From assembly GCF_024521635.1 (NCBI RefSeq), contig NW_026250404.1:2294001-2358000 (forward strand): DNA of 64,000 bases, written 5' to 3'. Below the pieces are notes generated by a model. It searched no databases. It was not told where the DNA came from and saw nothing but the letters and a program-made list of their open reading frames with translations. Source of the DNA: Tricharina praecox (lineage: Eukaryota). Position 1 is the first letter of the stretch. Each line of letters starts with the position of its first letter. A program made the translations under genes and the position numbers. Of the stretch, positions 23,080 to 35,875 are shown piece by piece.

Positions 23080-24093
23080 ATGCCCACGCACCGCCAGAAA
23101 GCCGCGGCCGCAGCCGCGGAAACCCGTGCGCTGTTCCCGTCTATCCCGCACTTGAGCGGGACGGATCCCACCAGCTACTTCTATCCATTCACTGCGCCGC
23201 TCCCGCGGATGCCCGAGAACGCGCGCTTCCACCTGCGCTCCGCAGTGCTGGAGGGCGACCCCTTCGACATCGCGCTGGACTGGCAAAGCTACATGTTCCC
23301 GGACGCGGCGGGGACGACTGCGGGCGAGCGCGCGCCGCCCTGCTTCTTCAAGAGCGCCAGCGGCGGGGCGCCCACCAAGCGCATCGTCGTGCTGAATACG
23401 TGCTCGGAGAAGAAGGCGGGCGGCGACTGGGAGGGCGGGTTCCTGGGGCTGGGCGCGGAGGAGTCGCTTGCCCGCCGTTCCAACCTCGTGCAGTGCCTCA
23501 CCGCCACGGATCCAAGGAATCAGCAGCTCACGAGCTACTACCCGCTGCCGCAGACCGGCGGGATTTACTCGCCCAGCACGGTCGTGCTGCGCGGCGGCCA
23601 CGAGAAGGACTACGCGCTGTATGACGAGCGGGACTGGACGGTGATCAGCGTGATATCGGCCGCGGCGGTGCGCAGGCCAAAGGTGGACGAGACCGGCATG
23701 CGCTATAGCTTCGCCGAGGAGAAGGAGCTGCAGAAGGAGAAGATGAAGACGGTGCTGCGCATCGCGGCGCAGAACGGACATATCAACTTGGTGCTGGGCG
23801 GGTTCGGGTCGTGCGGGCCCGGCATCGGATCCTGCCGCATCGGTATCGGCGCTGATGGTTACTTGACCGGCAACCACGGCTACGGCGCGGATCACCACCA
23901 CACGCCGCCAAGGAGTCAGGCGCTTTCGGCGACTACCAGCGCTTACAAGAACCCCCTGAAGGACGTCTGCAAGCTGTGGAAGGAACTGCTGTTCGATGAC
24001 CCGGAGTTCCGGGGCTACTTTGCCAACGCCGTGTTTGCCGTCAGTGGCGGTGAGGGCGGCGGCCAGAGAGAGTTCAGGAAATACTTTGGGTAA
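23080..24093 (+). CDS. DUF2263/TIGR02452-like (microbial-type PARG) macrodomain protein, 337 aa from ATG 23080; frame is open upstream to 22525
   Basis: VVLNTCSEKKAGGDWEGGFLGLGAEESLARRSNL, YPLPQTGGIYSPSTVVLR, SVISAAAVRRP and KMKTVLRIAAQNGHINLVLGGFGSC match the family pattern VLN.A....GGG...QEE.L.R.S.L / GIYSP.V / LVLGAFGCG. GC3-rich codon usage is strong over the domain. Confidence 0.8.
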   Translation: MPTHRQKAAAAAAETRALFPSIPHLSGTDPTSYFYPFTAPLPRMPENARFHLRSAVLEGDPFDIALDWQSYMFPDAAGTTAGERAPPCFFKSASGGAPTKRIVVLNTCSEKKAGGDWEGGFLGLGAEESLARRSNLVQCLTATDPRNQQLTSYYPLPQTGGIYSPSTVVLRGGHEKDYALYDERDWTVISVISAAAVRRPKVDETGMRYSFAEEKELQKEKMKTVLRIAAQNGHINLVLGGFGSCGPGIGSCRIGIGADGYLTGNHGYGADHHHTPPRSQALSATTSAYKNPLKDVCKLWKELLFDDPEFRGYFANAVFAVSGGEGGGQREFRKYFG

Positions 24094-24818
24094 GCTGCAG
24101 GATTCCCCATACCACTGTTCCAACCAGTCTTTAACACATCCGTGCAGCTGTGATTTCTCCACCGACCGCCGTTAGTTAGAGTAGATCGGTACCGCGCTGT
24201 TGTACACCGGGTACATGACATGAGTACTTACACATCACACCATGTCTCATTGTTTTTTTTCCCTTTCTCTTTCATTTCTGTTTGGGAGGACGGGGTTTTC
24301 TACTTTTTTCCGCTGGATTTTGCCGTTCGTTCGTTGGTCGGTTTTTGCTGGGCTTTTGGATTGTTTGCTGTTAATGGGTTCACGGGCGTCATACACACGG
24401 GTGGTCATGGTTTTTATCTCTGTCTGTTTTTTTTTTTTTTTTTTTTTTTTTTTTACGACTCCTTATTTATTAGGCTGGTATGTACTTGGTTGGCTGGTTG
24501 GTTGGTTTCCTTATGTTGGTCCGCTACGATACGATACGATACGATACGATACGATACGATACGGTTCGGCTCGGCTCCGGGGTTTAAATTAAAGTGTGCA
24601 TGTACTCTACGATTTACAATATACAATCGAGCGAGTTTGTTGGTATTTTTTCCGCTGATATGTGATATGTGTGTCGGGGGGTGGTGGTGATGGTGATAAT
24701 CTATGACGCAGCTGTCGTGGTCGTGGTGGTGGGGGTGCGCGGCAGTGATATCAATATCAACCTCCCCGCAGCAGCGAGCTATCATATCATCATATCACAG
24801 CAGACCATCATGCACACA

Positions 24819-24862
<44 letters not shown>

Positions 24863-25199
24863 GACACACACAACCGACATCCATCCATCCACCCATCCAT
24901 CGCATTCGCAATCGCAATCCGTCCGTCCATCCATCCGTTTCATTTCGTTCGGCGATTTGCTGCCCCCCACCCCCCCCTCCCAGCTACCCCAGCTACCCCA
25001 GCTGCCTACCTAGCTAAATAAACTACCCACCTACCTAACTAACTACCGGTGCATTATTTACAGCGAAACATCATTCATGCAATATGCAAGGGATAACCGC
25101 ACCCGAACCGGCCGAACCGGCGGAACCAGTCAGCACGCGGGTGGTCCTCGATGCGGGTCATTATAAGATTGCACCGCCGCGCCCTGTGGCCAGTGCTCA

Positions 25200-25340
25200 C
25201 CCAGACACCAGACAGACACCCGACAGACAAAAGAAACCAGACATCAGACACCAGACATCAGACAGACACTAGAAATCAGACACCAGAGACTAGACAGAGA
25301 CAGAGACAGAGACACCAGACAGAGACACCAGACAGCAGAC
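25200..25340. repeat. Degenerate (CAGACAC/CAGAGA) microsatellite
   Basis: Visible repeats. Confidence 0.8.
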
Positions 25341-28300
25341 TTAGCCGTACATCAGGTGCATCATTCTATTGCTTACATACCAGCGATCCCTCTCTCTCTC
25401 TCGAAATAGAGTTGAAAGTGAGAGTGTGTGACTGAGTGCCTCCAGCCAGTCACCTTGCAGCCAAACAAAACACCTACTCTACATTCCTACAGGCTACATA
25501 CATGATACCGGAAACAAGAAACACCCCGTCCAGAATCCGGCAATGGTAATGGTGGACCTGTCACTGTCACCTGTGGACACCCCACGGGGAATCGGAGGGG
25601 TTAGCTGTCTACCTGCCTGCCTACCTACCAATCTACCTACCTACCTTCCTACCTACCGGCATTCCCTTCCCTCCATTCCTCGACCATGGATGCCGGAAAT
25701 CTGTAAGTAGGGGTAGGAGGAGGCGGGGGGGCGGGGAGGCGGGGGAGGGTGGTGGGTTGTGGGTGGTAGTGGTGGGTGGTGGTGCCGGGAGGCGGGGGGC
25801 GGGGGGGTGGGTGAGGGAGGGTTTATGGTCCCGCCAGGACGGTATGGAGTGTTTTTCCGTTAAGCGAGTGGATGGATCGTGCGATGCTAGAAAGAACAGC
25901 CTACTACTAGTATAACTAGTGTAGTAGCTACTCTGATCCTCCGTGACGAGTAGCGGGGGTAACGGTAGCATGGTAACTAGAGGACGGGACGGGGGACGGG
26001 GGACGGGGGGTTAGAGTGGTTTTCGTCACAGTGTATGTATGGTAGTTAGTCGGGGGCCGTGATAATCAGGGGAGACATTTGTAAGGTATGAGCCTCCCCC
26101 TACTATACCGCTGGCCCTACGGAAGTACAGAAGTCCGGCTCCAGCATTCAGCCTTCGGGTTATCGTACTACCAACCGCTATTTACCGAATGTTTGGACAT
26201 TGAACGTCAAACATCGGATTTGGCGCAAGCCAGCGCCATGCCAGCGCCACAACAAGCCACCCCCCGTCCACAAAAATTGGTGAACATCAATTGCGGACCA
26301 AAAAATCCGTTATCCGGGGTGTTAGTAGTCACGCCTCCCCCCCCCCCGAATGACTGCGCGTGAAGAAACGAAATATCCCATCCCCTCCCCACCCCCCAAA
26401 TCTCCCACCACCACCACCACGTGCATCGGGGAAATTCCAAACATCGAATAATCTGCGGATCGTCACAGACCCAGATTTCCTCCGATACTCCCCAGAGAAA
26501 AAAAGCAAATAAAAATAAACAAAGTGGCCTGACTTTCTCCCACAAATTCCAGTTCCCAGAAAAACTAGCGGCAGGCAGGCAGGCAGGCACCTTGCCGGGG
26601 GGGAAAGAGGGAAAAGTGGGGACCGATCCAGTACCCCATCCCCCTTATCCGACAATCGACACTCATATTTAGACAGCTAGATACATATGATGAGAAGAAG
26701 AAAGGACAGGGCCACCCAGAGGGCCCGCCCAGGCCCACAACGACTGGGCTGTCTGGCTGTCTGGCTGGCTGAGGCTGGTCAGAGCCCACACTTGCTCGAT
26801 TGCATCTAGAGTACAGCATACAGCATTGATGAAGCGTTAGAGACCGGGCTGAGGGCGTATTGAAACCTGAGTAAGCCGGTGATGGAGCTCATGGGACTCC
26901 CCCCATCCCCAGAGATGTCTATGGCGCAAAATCCACGTCTACGCCGGCTGCAACAACAACATCGTCGCGCGAGGCGCCGTACGCTTCCCTCCCCCCACCG
27001 GGGAAAAATCTACTTTCCGGCCTCAAATGACCGTAACCAACAAAGTCGACGCTGAATTCCAGCTCTGCTCCAACCGCCGTACATGCTCGGATACGCACAT
27101 GCTACGAACCCCCACCCGGTTCATGGGCGCTCACGACGAGCGAGGATGGGTGGATGCGAGTGATGTCCTGTGAAACCATATCGTCGTTCGGGCCGTCGCT
27201 AGTTGAGTTAGCCTTTCTGGAAAAAACCAACCACAAATCTGCGGATCAGCATAGACCCGAATTTTGGATTTGGAAAAAGCAAAACAAAAAAACGTGGCCT
27301 GTCTTCTTTCGGATTCTAGAAAACTGGAGGCGCGGCGGGGCGCGGCGGGGCGGCGCGGGACGTACCGAAGACGTATGTAGGTACTTAGGTAGGTGCTAGT
27401 TACTATATTTGGGGCCGATTGTGGACGCCTTTCCCCTTTAACCCGTGAGTATGTATCAGTGCGTGATGGTGGTACATAGTGGTGGTAGTGGTGATGATGG
27501 TAGTGGAGATGATAGTGGTGAAGGTGGATCCGGATCGGATCCAGGCCTCTTCGGATTCATCACCGAAAACCGCCGGAAGGAGTCGATTCGGACTCGGCGC
27601 CGGGAGGGGGGGCCCGTGGCCCGGTGAGTGAATAAGGCCAGCATGAAAAGCTACGGACATGATCCGCGTTTGTACCGACTGAAACATCATCATTACCTCG
27701 TCGACTTCTTCAACCGACCGACGCGACGCATACCGACTCCACCACACGGTTTAGGTCCAAGCTTGTAAGAGTCCAGCAGCTCCCATTCCACCTCCCCGAC
27801 CCGAAGACTCGGTCCGGACTCCAGGGTCCAAGAGCCTACGAGAGTGTTGCCAGCGCATTGCCGTCACCAAACGCCTACATAATTATCATCATCGTCGTAC
27901 CGCGGGGATTCGGTTCGGATTCGGGATCGTACTGCCGAAGCCTAGGCCGGTGACGCTTGGAATCGAGGACCAATGTAGTTGTTCCGACATGGCGATGTCT
28001 ACCCCCCTCCCTCTTCCCCGCAGATCGACGGCTCCCTCCCTTGCAGATTGACATTCAGCGTTGGGTCTATGTAGGTCTGGACTTGCTGGCTGGCTGGAGT
28101 CCTCCCTACCGCCGGGATTTGGCAAGAGGGACCAAGAGTCCAAGACCGAGATGTCCCCATCCGATATCCCCACGGCAGAGAAAGTGGTTGTTGCCCTCCT
28201 CCTCTGCATACGGTACCACCCTGCCTACATCCATCATGCCGAGCGGCTATGCTAATTGATTCGAGCAGTAGGCCAGGCTCTCACCAGTTAGTCGATAGGA

Positions 28301-28462
28301 ACACCGTCTTGTTCGTGTTGGAGGCCGGAGCACCTTCAATGCCATTCGTCTTGCTGGTGGGACGAGTTATTTCAATTAGCAGCGGCAAATAGCGCAAAAA
28401 AACCCCGACCAACCGCTCAATCTCGGATCACGATGGGCACCCATCGTCGGCAGTCTGACGCT

Positions 28463-30435
28463 GCATGCAAATCCTCATAGTGACAGACTTTAGTAACTAA
28501 AAAACCGGTCATGCAGTATCAACAGCAAAAGACTCCAGCAAGTTCAGACCGACCATGCAGTTTCAGCATAGTCCGGCAGATGCAGACCGGCCATACAGTG
28601 GGTATCGCCAAAGTGAAAGGCTCCGGTAAGTTGAAGACCAGCCCCGCAGTATCTTCATAGTGAAAGACTCCAGCAAGTTCAGACCAACCATTCAGTATCA
28701 CCATAGTGAAAGTCTCCAGAAAATGCACGCCGATCATGCAGTATCCCCACAGCGAATGACATCAGCATGTGAAAGACCGGCCCCGCAGTATCCCTACAGT
28801 GAAAGGTTCCAGCAGATGTAGACCGGCCATGCAGTATCACCACAGTGAATAACTTCAGCAAGTTCAGACCGACCATGCAGTACTATCCTCATACTGAAGG
28901 ACCGGCCTTGCAGTATCCCCACAGCGAATGACACCAGAAAATGCGGACCGATCATGCTGTACCCCCATAGTGAAAGACTTCAGCAAGTTCAGACCAGCCC
29001 CGCGGTATCTCTGCAGTGAAAGATTCCAGAAAATGCAGACCAACCATGCAGTATTACAACAGTGAAGGATTTCAGCAAATGCAGACCGGCCCTGCAGTAT
29101 CACCACAGTGAATAACTTCAGCAAGTTCAGACCGACCATGCAGTACTATCCTCATACTGAAGGACCGGCCTTGCAGTATCCCCACAGCGAATGACACCAG
29201 AAAATGCGGACCGATCATGCTGTACCCCCATAGTGAAAGACTTCAGCAAGTTCAGACCAGCCCCGCGGTATCTCTGCAGTGAAAGATTCCAGAAAATGCA
29301 GACCGACCATGCAGTATTACAACAGTGAAGGATTTCAGCAAATGCAGACCGGCCCTGCAGTATCACCAAAGTGAAAGATTCCAGCAAATGCAGACCAGCC
29401 ATGCAGTACTATCCCCACAGCGAATGATACCGGCAAGTGAGAGACCGGCCATGCAGTACTATCCACATAGTGAACGCCTCCAGCAAGCTGAGACCGACCA
29501 TGCAGTATCACCAAAGTGAAAGACTCGAGTAAGTGCAAGACCGCCCCCACGGTATGCCCTCAGTGAAAGACTCCAGCAGGTGAAAGACCATCCCCGCATG
29601 ATCCACATAATGAAAGACTCCAGTGAGTTCAGACCGATCATGCAGTACTATCCCACAGCCAATGGCATCAGCAAGTGAAAGACTAGCTATGCAGTAATAT
29701 CCCCACAGCGAATGACACCAGCAAGTGAGATACCGGCCATGCAGTACTATCCTCATACTGAAATACCAGCCCTGCAGTATCCCCGTGGAAAAGAGTGTGT
29801 TTCTGGTAAGCCATCCACTAGCCGTCCGGAGGACCGATGGTGGGGGTTGGAATATTCGGTGCGGTAGCGGGTCCAAGCTTGGTATCTTTCTCTTTCTCTT
29901 TCTCTTGTACCAGTGCCTCCTACACCCGAACATACCACTCCACTTCTCTCCAGAGTCCATCTATCGCTCCAGCGAATCACCTCCACGAGTCCTTCCAACA
30001 ATCCCCACAGTGAAAACCTCCAGCAGGTTCAGACCGACCATGCAGTATCACCATAGTGAAAGACTCCAGCAAATGCTGACCGGCCTTACAGTATCACCAA
30101 AGTGAAATACTCGAGCAAGTGCTGACCGGCCCCGCAGTATCCACACAGTGAATGACACCAGCAGGTGAAAGCCCAGCCCCGCAGTATCACCATGGTAAAA
30201 TACCGGCCCCGCAGTATCCCCACGGCGAAAATGGCTCCAGCATGTTCAGACCGACCATGCAGTACTATCCTCATACTGAAAGACCGATCATGCAGTACTA
30301 TCCTCATACTGAAAGACCGGCCCTGCAGTATCACCGTAGAAAGACTGGCCCCGCAGTATCCCACCGTGAAATAAGACCGGCCCTAGAGTATCCCCACAGC
30401 GAATAACTCTAGCAAGTGCAGACCGACCAAGCAGT
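28463..30435. repeat. 46-bp minisatellite array with 33- and 49-bp variants, a 263-bp higher-order duplication and a ~200 bp unique interruption
   Basis: Consensus ~CAGTATCACCATAGTGAAAGACTCCAGCAAGTTCAGACCGACCATG. Block 28821-29083 is repeated almost exactly at 29084-29346. The array is interrupted at ~29790-29998. Confidence 0.95.
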
Positions 30436-33400
30436 AGCCCCTCAACCTCAACCCCTCAGGTTCGCGGTGAAGCACACCCTCAGTTTATCCTCCGACCTGC
30501 CATTAGCTGTTGTGTTGCCTATGTGCATCGTGTTTTGCCGATTGACCGCGTGACTGACTAGCAGCTGCTGGAGTCCTCCCCGCAGATACCTACCACACTC
30601 TCCTCCCCACAACCAAGCCGCTGACCTCGCCGTCGATAGCCGGTCCGAGTCCTACAGCCCGCGCTCGTTCTGCAAGTTACAGCCGGTAGGTATCGTCGTC
30701 CTTCACCGTCCTTCACCGTCTGGCAGCCCCTGGTCTTCCTACAGGCTACAGTCGGTACGCATTGTCCTCTTATGCCGTCCCACAGTATCAGGCCTGCCTC
30801 GCCGCCGATTGCACACTGTTGTGACAGAGTGAAGGAGGAGCAGTCGGCGGGAGGAAATAAATGTGGTTAGTAGTGACATCGACGTTGGTGGGCATGGCGG
30901 GGCCTACGGTCGACCACTGACGAAGGAGGGGGGACTTAAGCTGGCACCCGTGGGTTTTCTTCTTCTTTCTTGATCGTCATCTCTAACCTCCAATCTCCGC
31001 TCTTTCTTCTGTGTTTGCTCCCTTCCTCGCCACGCTTGTCGACCTATAGAGGCAAAGTTGGCAGAGAGCTCTCGCAAAACTGTTCTCGCCGTGGATATGG
31101 CACTCTCGTTACAGTGGAGACTGGAGAGAGAGAGGAGGTAGAGGTTGATTGTCTATTCTGTAGATGATGATGATGATGAGAGAGGGAGAGAGAGGGGGGG
31201 AGGGGGAGAAGAGGCCTCTCGGACAGCCTCTCAAGCTCGCTCCATCCCCACTGGTTCAGTCCTGAACGTTTCCGACACAAACGTTTGGGCTAAACGGAGT
31301 GGTCTGCGTCTAGGCACTACGTTTTCTTTGTTTGCACGTTCCCCGCGCTTACTGACATGAGTACTTTGTACATGCGTCACTCACCTACACATGCGACTTA
31401 TGGCGCTGCGAGAGTTTGCTGCATTCTTTATCACCATCACTGGCGCGGCTACTAGGTAGTACATCTCCAAAACTGATTGACTCTACCGCACGTCTGGACG
31501 TCTGTACAGCCATGATCTGATAAGGTCGAATGCTATGATGATTAAACAAAACAACTCTACCGCACGTTGTATCGGCTGCAAGGGAGAAGCAGCTGCAGAT
31601 TAGACGCATTCGCCGACTCTGCCACATTCTGAGACGGCTGCAAGCTTAAGTAAGATGCTGCTGCGTGATAGGCGCATTCGCCGCCGTATGTAGTACCTAC
31701 ACTGCCCCGTATTCTAAGACGGCTGCGCGTGTGTAGTATGTATATATGCGTTGCGCATTGTGCGCGTGTGTTCATCGACTCTGCGCATTGTATGATACGT
31801 CATATATATGCGACTCAGAGCGGTTCTGAAAATTAGGCGCATTCTGGTACCAACTTCGCCGTAATCTGAGACCGCTGTGAGTAATCATGTCTTTTGCACC
31901 TTAAGCGCTGTTACCTAACGCTACCGCACTTTATGTCACCTGCGAGGCTGCGAGTAAAAGGCTTGAGCAGAATTCGCGCATTCACATACTGGCAATAACG
32001 CACTTATAGTAAGTGGTGCCTCACCTTGCGCTTAGAGTTCGGCATTGTGGTGAGGCACGACTTATTGGCTGCTCCTGGTATATACCTCAAGCCAGCTCCA
32101 CTTTGCTGCTGATGCTGCTGCTGCGATGGGCTCCCCGTCCCCGTACCCGATGTACCCGTCCCCGATCTCGAATACGGTACTTATTCCGTTTCTTCTTCTT
32201 CTCGGCCATAACTAATATGAACCGCTGTTTTACGGTTCGTATGTTATGTACGTACACACAGACGCCGTCTACCTACCTACCTAGGTTGACATGTATGGGG
32301 GGCCTGCCGCCTGCTGTCACCGTTGATCACTGACCACAGACCACTGACCAGACGTGCAGATAAGTACCTAACCGGGTAGACGCCGACCGGTTTGTTTTTT
32401 GCAGTTGTTCGTTCGGCAGCTCGATTGGGTTGGAACTCGGGGACATGAAAGGGCAAGGCAATTGGTGCAGTTTTCTCAATTCTTCGATTGGTTATTGAAC
32501 TGCCATAAACTGGTGAGCTGGTGAGCTGAGTGTACTGTTTGAACTGACGTTTTTCCCGGTGTTCGAAAAAGTTAGGTAATTGCAGCCTAGCTGTGGGCAG
32601 TATGAAGTACTTCTCACTCACTCGCGTTATGCCTTTCATCCCTTCATACAACCACTAGCGTCGCAGGTACGCTCTCGACTCTCCCGGCCCCGGCTATCTA
32701 TCACACGTCGGATCGTGAGACGCGGCACGCCCTGCAGACTGTTATTTTGTCTCCCGGGAGCCACTGCATGCGTCCCTCTGGGAGCCTCCGGGGTAGCAAA
32801 AACCTCCGTGGCTTCGCCGCCGGGACTTGGAGTCATCGTACTGCGCGCTAACCACTATAAACGGCCGAACCGGTTCAGTTCGACGAAGCGTTTCACGCTC
32901 CTATTCGGTTTCCTATTAGGTTTCCTATTCACATGCAGTTAATTGATGCGCTCCAGTTTCGATCGAAGGTCGGTCTGGACATTCACTCTCGCGGGCGGGC
33001 TTTGTCGACTCGAGTTGAGTTGAGTTGAGTTGAGCTGAATCGGCGGAATGAGGAGGAGGAGGAGGAGGACTCGTCCACCCCGCCGAACGACGACATACGG
33101 TATGCATAATGTGTTCGGTGCAGCCAATCAGCATGCACGCTCGGAAAAAGTCGCCGTCGCCGTCGCAGTCGCAGTTGCAGCCGAGACTTCGCCTCCCATT
33201 CCATCCCATCCCATCTGCTATGTCTCGGTTCGGTTCTCGCGCTCCAGAGTCCGTAGGTGCACGTCCACGCACTCGTTCGGGGACATCACTCCGTCCGTCG
33301 GGAGTGGCTTCACTTTGTACTCTAAATACCTACTCTGACTTGTGTATTATAGGTAGTTCCCTCCCCGCGCACGAAACGAAGCCACATCGACTGCCGACCG

Positions 33401-35573
33401 AATCCAGAAATCGCAATCGCAACCCTGGCTATGTACTGGAGCGAACACACCTGACCAGTTGACCAGCGACCAGTTGACCAGCGACCAATGACCACGCGCA
33501 GGCCGCTTCCGCCCGGCTCCCGGCGGCCCCCTCCTTTCCCGGGGCTAAACGGGCTGCTATTACGAAATTCCTACGTGCCAGGCTACTGGCCACTCCTCAG
33601 AGTTGAGGATGAAAGAAAGAAAGGTCAGCTGCAAAAATGTAATGTCTGCAGTCACCAGTGTTAACGTTGGCCAACGTGTTCAGGTTTCTTTACTTCGATC
33701 GAGTAATAGCACTCCTCTACGGCGCCATTGGGAGTGCTTCGAACTTCGGAGGAGGCTCGACCGTGCGCTGCGCTGTGCTTTTATGTGCTGTGCTGGCAAG
33801 GCTCGACGAACCTGACACCAACCTGACGCCTCCGCCGAGTGCCGCTGTTTTTTCTCTGCATCCGCCGAGATTCCGTTGAGATTCTGCACAACAGCCGAGT
33901 GACAGCAGATGAGCGTCCAGTCAGCCAGGCGGTCGGCTGGTCGGCCGTCTCCGGTTTGCCGCACGCGCCGCGGTCGGGACAAGCTACCCAGAGACATTTC
34001 AAATCCGTTCCATCCCCAGCGAAACGAAACGCCGCCTTCGAAAGAAAACCCCAACTGTTTTTTTCTTTCTCTTTCTTTCGCCTTCCTCTCCCATCGATCC
34101 ACGTGCCCGCGAAAGAAGAAAAAAAGGAATCGATGCACCAGATCGAAGTTCGTAGAAGGCGCTGGGGCAGCGGGGGCGGCGGGGCGACGGGCGCGCGACA
34201 ACATACCGGATTCTCGGTTCTGATCGAGTAATAACGAAGGCCTAGGTAGGTAGATGTATGCGTCGTGTTGTGTTGGGTTGGGTTGGGTGCAGGCGTGTTG
34301 CACTTCCTATCGAGTAATAATGCGGCGAGGGGAGTTTTGGTCGAGTAATGGAAAGCAGTTATCTACAGCATATACAGCGCACACAACGCCACGGGGAGGG
34401 GGAGGGGAGGGTTCTTTCAGCACGGTCGGCAGCTCGGCGCATGGGCGACATGGTACTCTATGTACCCACAAGGCGGCAGGATGGAGGAGCTGGAGGAGCA
34501 GGAGGCGGAGGAGGAGCAGGAGGCGGAGAAGCAACGGGAAGACGAAGCGCTGTCTCGGGAACCCCTTCGTGGAGTCCAGATTTGTACTCCCGAGACTTTC
34601 GCTTGGTCTTAACTAGCACAGGGAATCGTTCTGGAAGCTGTCGTGGAAGCTTCGGAGCTCTCTCGAACTCTAGGGAGAAGAAGAAAGCCCCTGCGCGAGC
34701 CTTTGTCAGCCACGCCTGGCCCCCCCTCTTCCGACGAACCGGCTTTTCCCGCGAAAATCGGACCCTGCGGATTAGCGCACCTATCAGACTATGCGCACGC
34801 AGCCTGCGGCCCCAACGGCCCCATCGGTCCCATCCATCCATCCATCCATCCCTCGTCATGCCAGGCACCCGAAGAAAAGAAAAAAAGAAGAAAAAACCTC
34901 TTTGGGAAAGAAAAGAAAAGAAACCTATGCGATGGTCAGGCGTGGCAGGTAGGCAGCAAAGTAAAGCATCGGACCGATCTGCCAAACCCCGGGAGATATA
35001 CAGCTATATATCCATCTCAGCTCCAATCGCTACCATTGGAAGGAGCTCGCAATAGATACCTGCATACTATCATATAGGCACACGGGAGCGCTCCGTCGCA
35101 GTGGGCCATACCGGTACCGGTTGTCTAGATAGGCTGAAAGTGGACCCTGGTTGTGTGCCGACACAGCACAGTAAAGTGCGGCTATCCATCGACTTCTCTG
35201 TATCATATCTGCTCTAGATACACATGGCGCTGATAAGGGTCTGCCCAAAACCAAAACCAAAACCAACAAAAATCCGATGTCCCATAGTTACCCCGGATTT
35301 CTGCCAAATGGTCCGTAGTCCCGCCGTCGAGAGGCCTTAGTCACTAGTATGTAGACCATCCGACACTAAACAGCACTCCGCACTAGAACTTCACTTGGAT
35401 CATCGAGTTCCCGCTTCCCTCTGGATCCCGCCACCTTCCCCTTTTCTGTGCCGCTTACGCATACGCATTCCGGCCGACTCAACTTTCTTAACCTGTCTTC
35501 TTTTTCGATGGCAGTGGCAGCAGTGGTAGCTGTTGGCGCAAGTGTGTATGTATGCAGGTAGCTTGTCTGAAGG

Positions 35574-35589
35574 CTTATCGGGTCTTATC
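35574..35589 (-). promoter_or_regulatory. Tandem GATAAG sites (AreA/Gln3-type nitrogen control) upstream of allantoinase
   Basis: CTTATC at 35574 and 35584, plus GATAAG at 35232. GATA factors are known to control fungal purine catabolic genes. Confidence 0.5.
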
Positions 35590-35875
35590 GGTCCATTCCG
35601 CTTCCTCCGAAACTGCCATCCTGTCCGGTATCTAGATGCTTTCCCTTGGCCTATACATAGAGTAGTCCCTCCCACTCTTCCCACCGCTCTTTGAACCGTC
35701 TTCCTCTCCCCTCATCTCATCTCATCTGGGACTCCGCTCTTTCTCGCAATCTTCCATTCACTCACAGCCTTCCATTCTCTAAACCTAATACCGATACCCC
35801 AGAACCCCCACACATTCCACTGTTCGTTGAAGCCACCCCGGATCCCATTCACATCCTACCACACGACAATCGGCC

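Noticed and set aside
22897..24162. Long antisense ORF over the PARG-like gene, and similar shadows over DAL1, RAD54, UTP13 and the MFS gene
   Set aside because: Expected shadows of GC3-rich coding sequence.
28519..30406. Many short ORFs across the satellite
   Set aside because: The 46-bp period is not a multiple of three and frames break repeatedly.
28463..30435. CRISPR-like appearance of the regular array
   Set aside because: Monomers are homologous along their whole length with no unique spacers, there are no cas genes, and the context is eukaryotic.
28093..30580. 14-nt match GCTGGAGTCCTCCC on both sides of the satellite
   Set aside because: Similarity does not extend and the copies are not at the array boundaries, so it cannot be called an LTR or target-site duplication.
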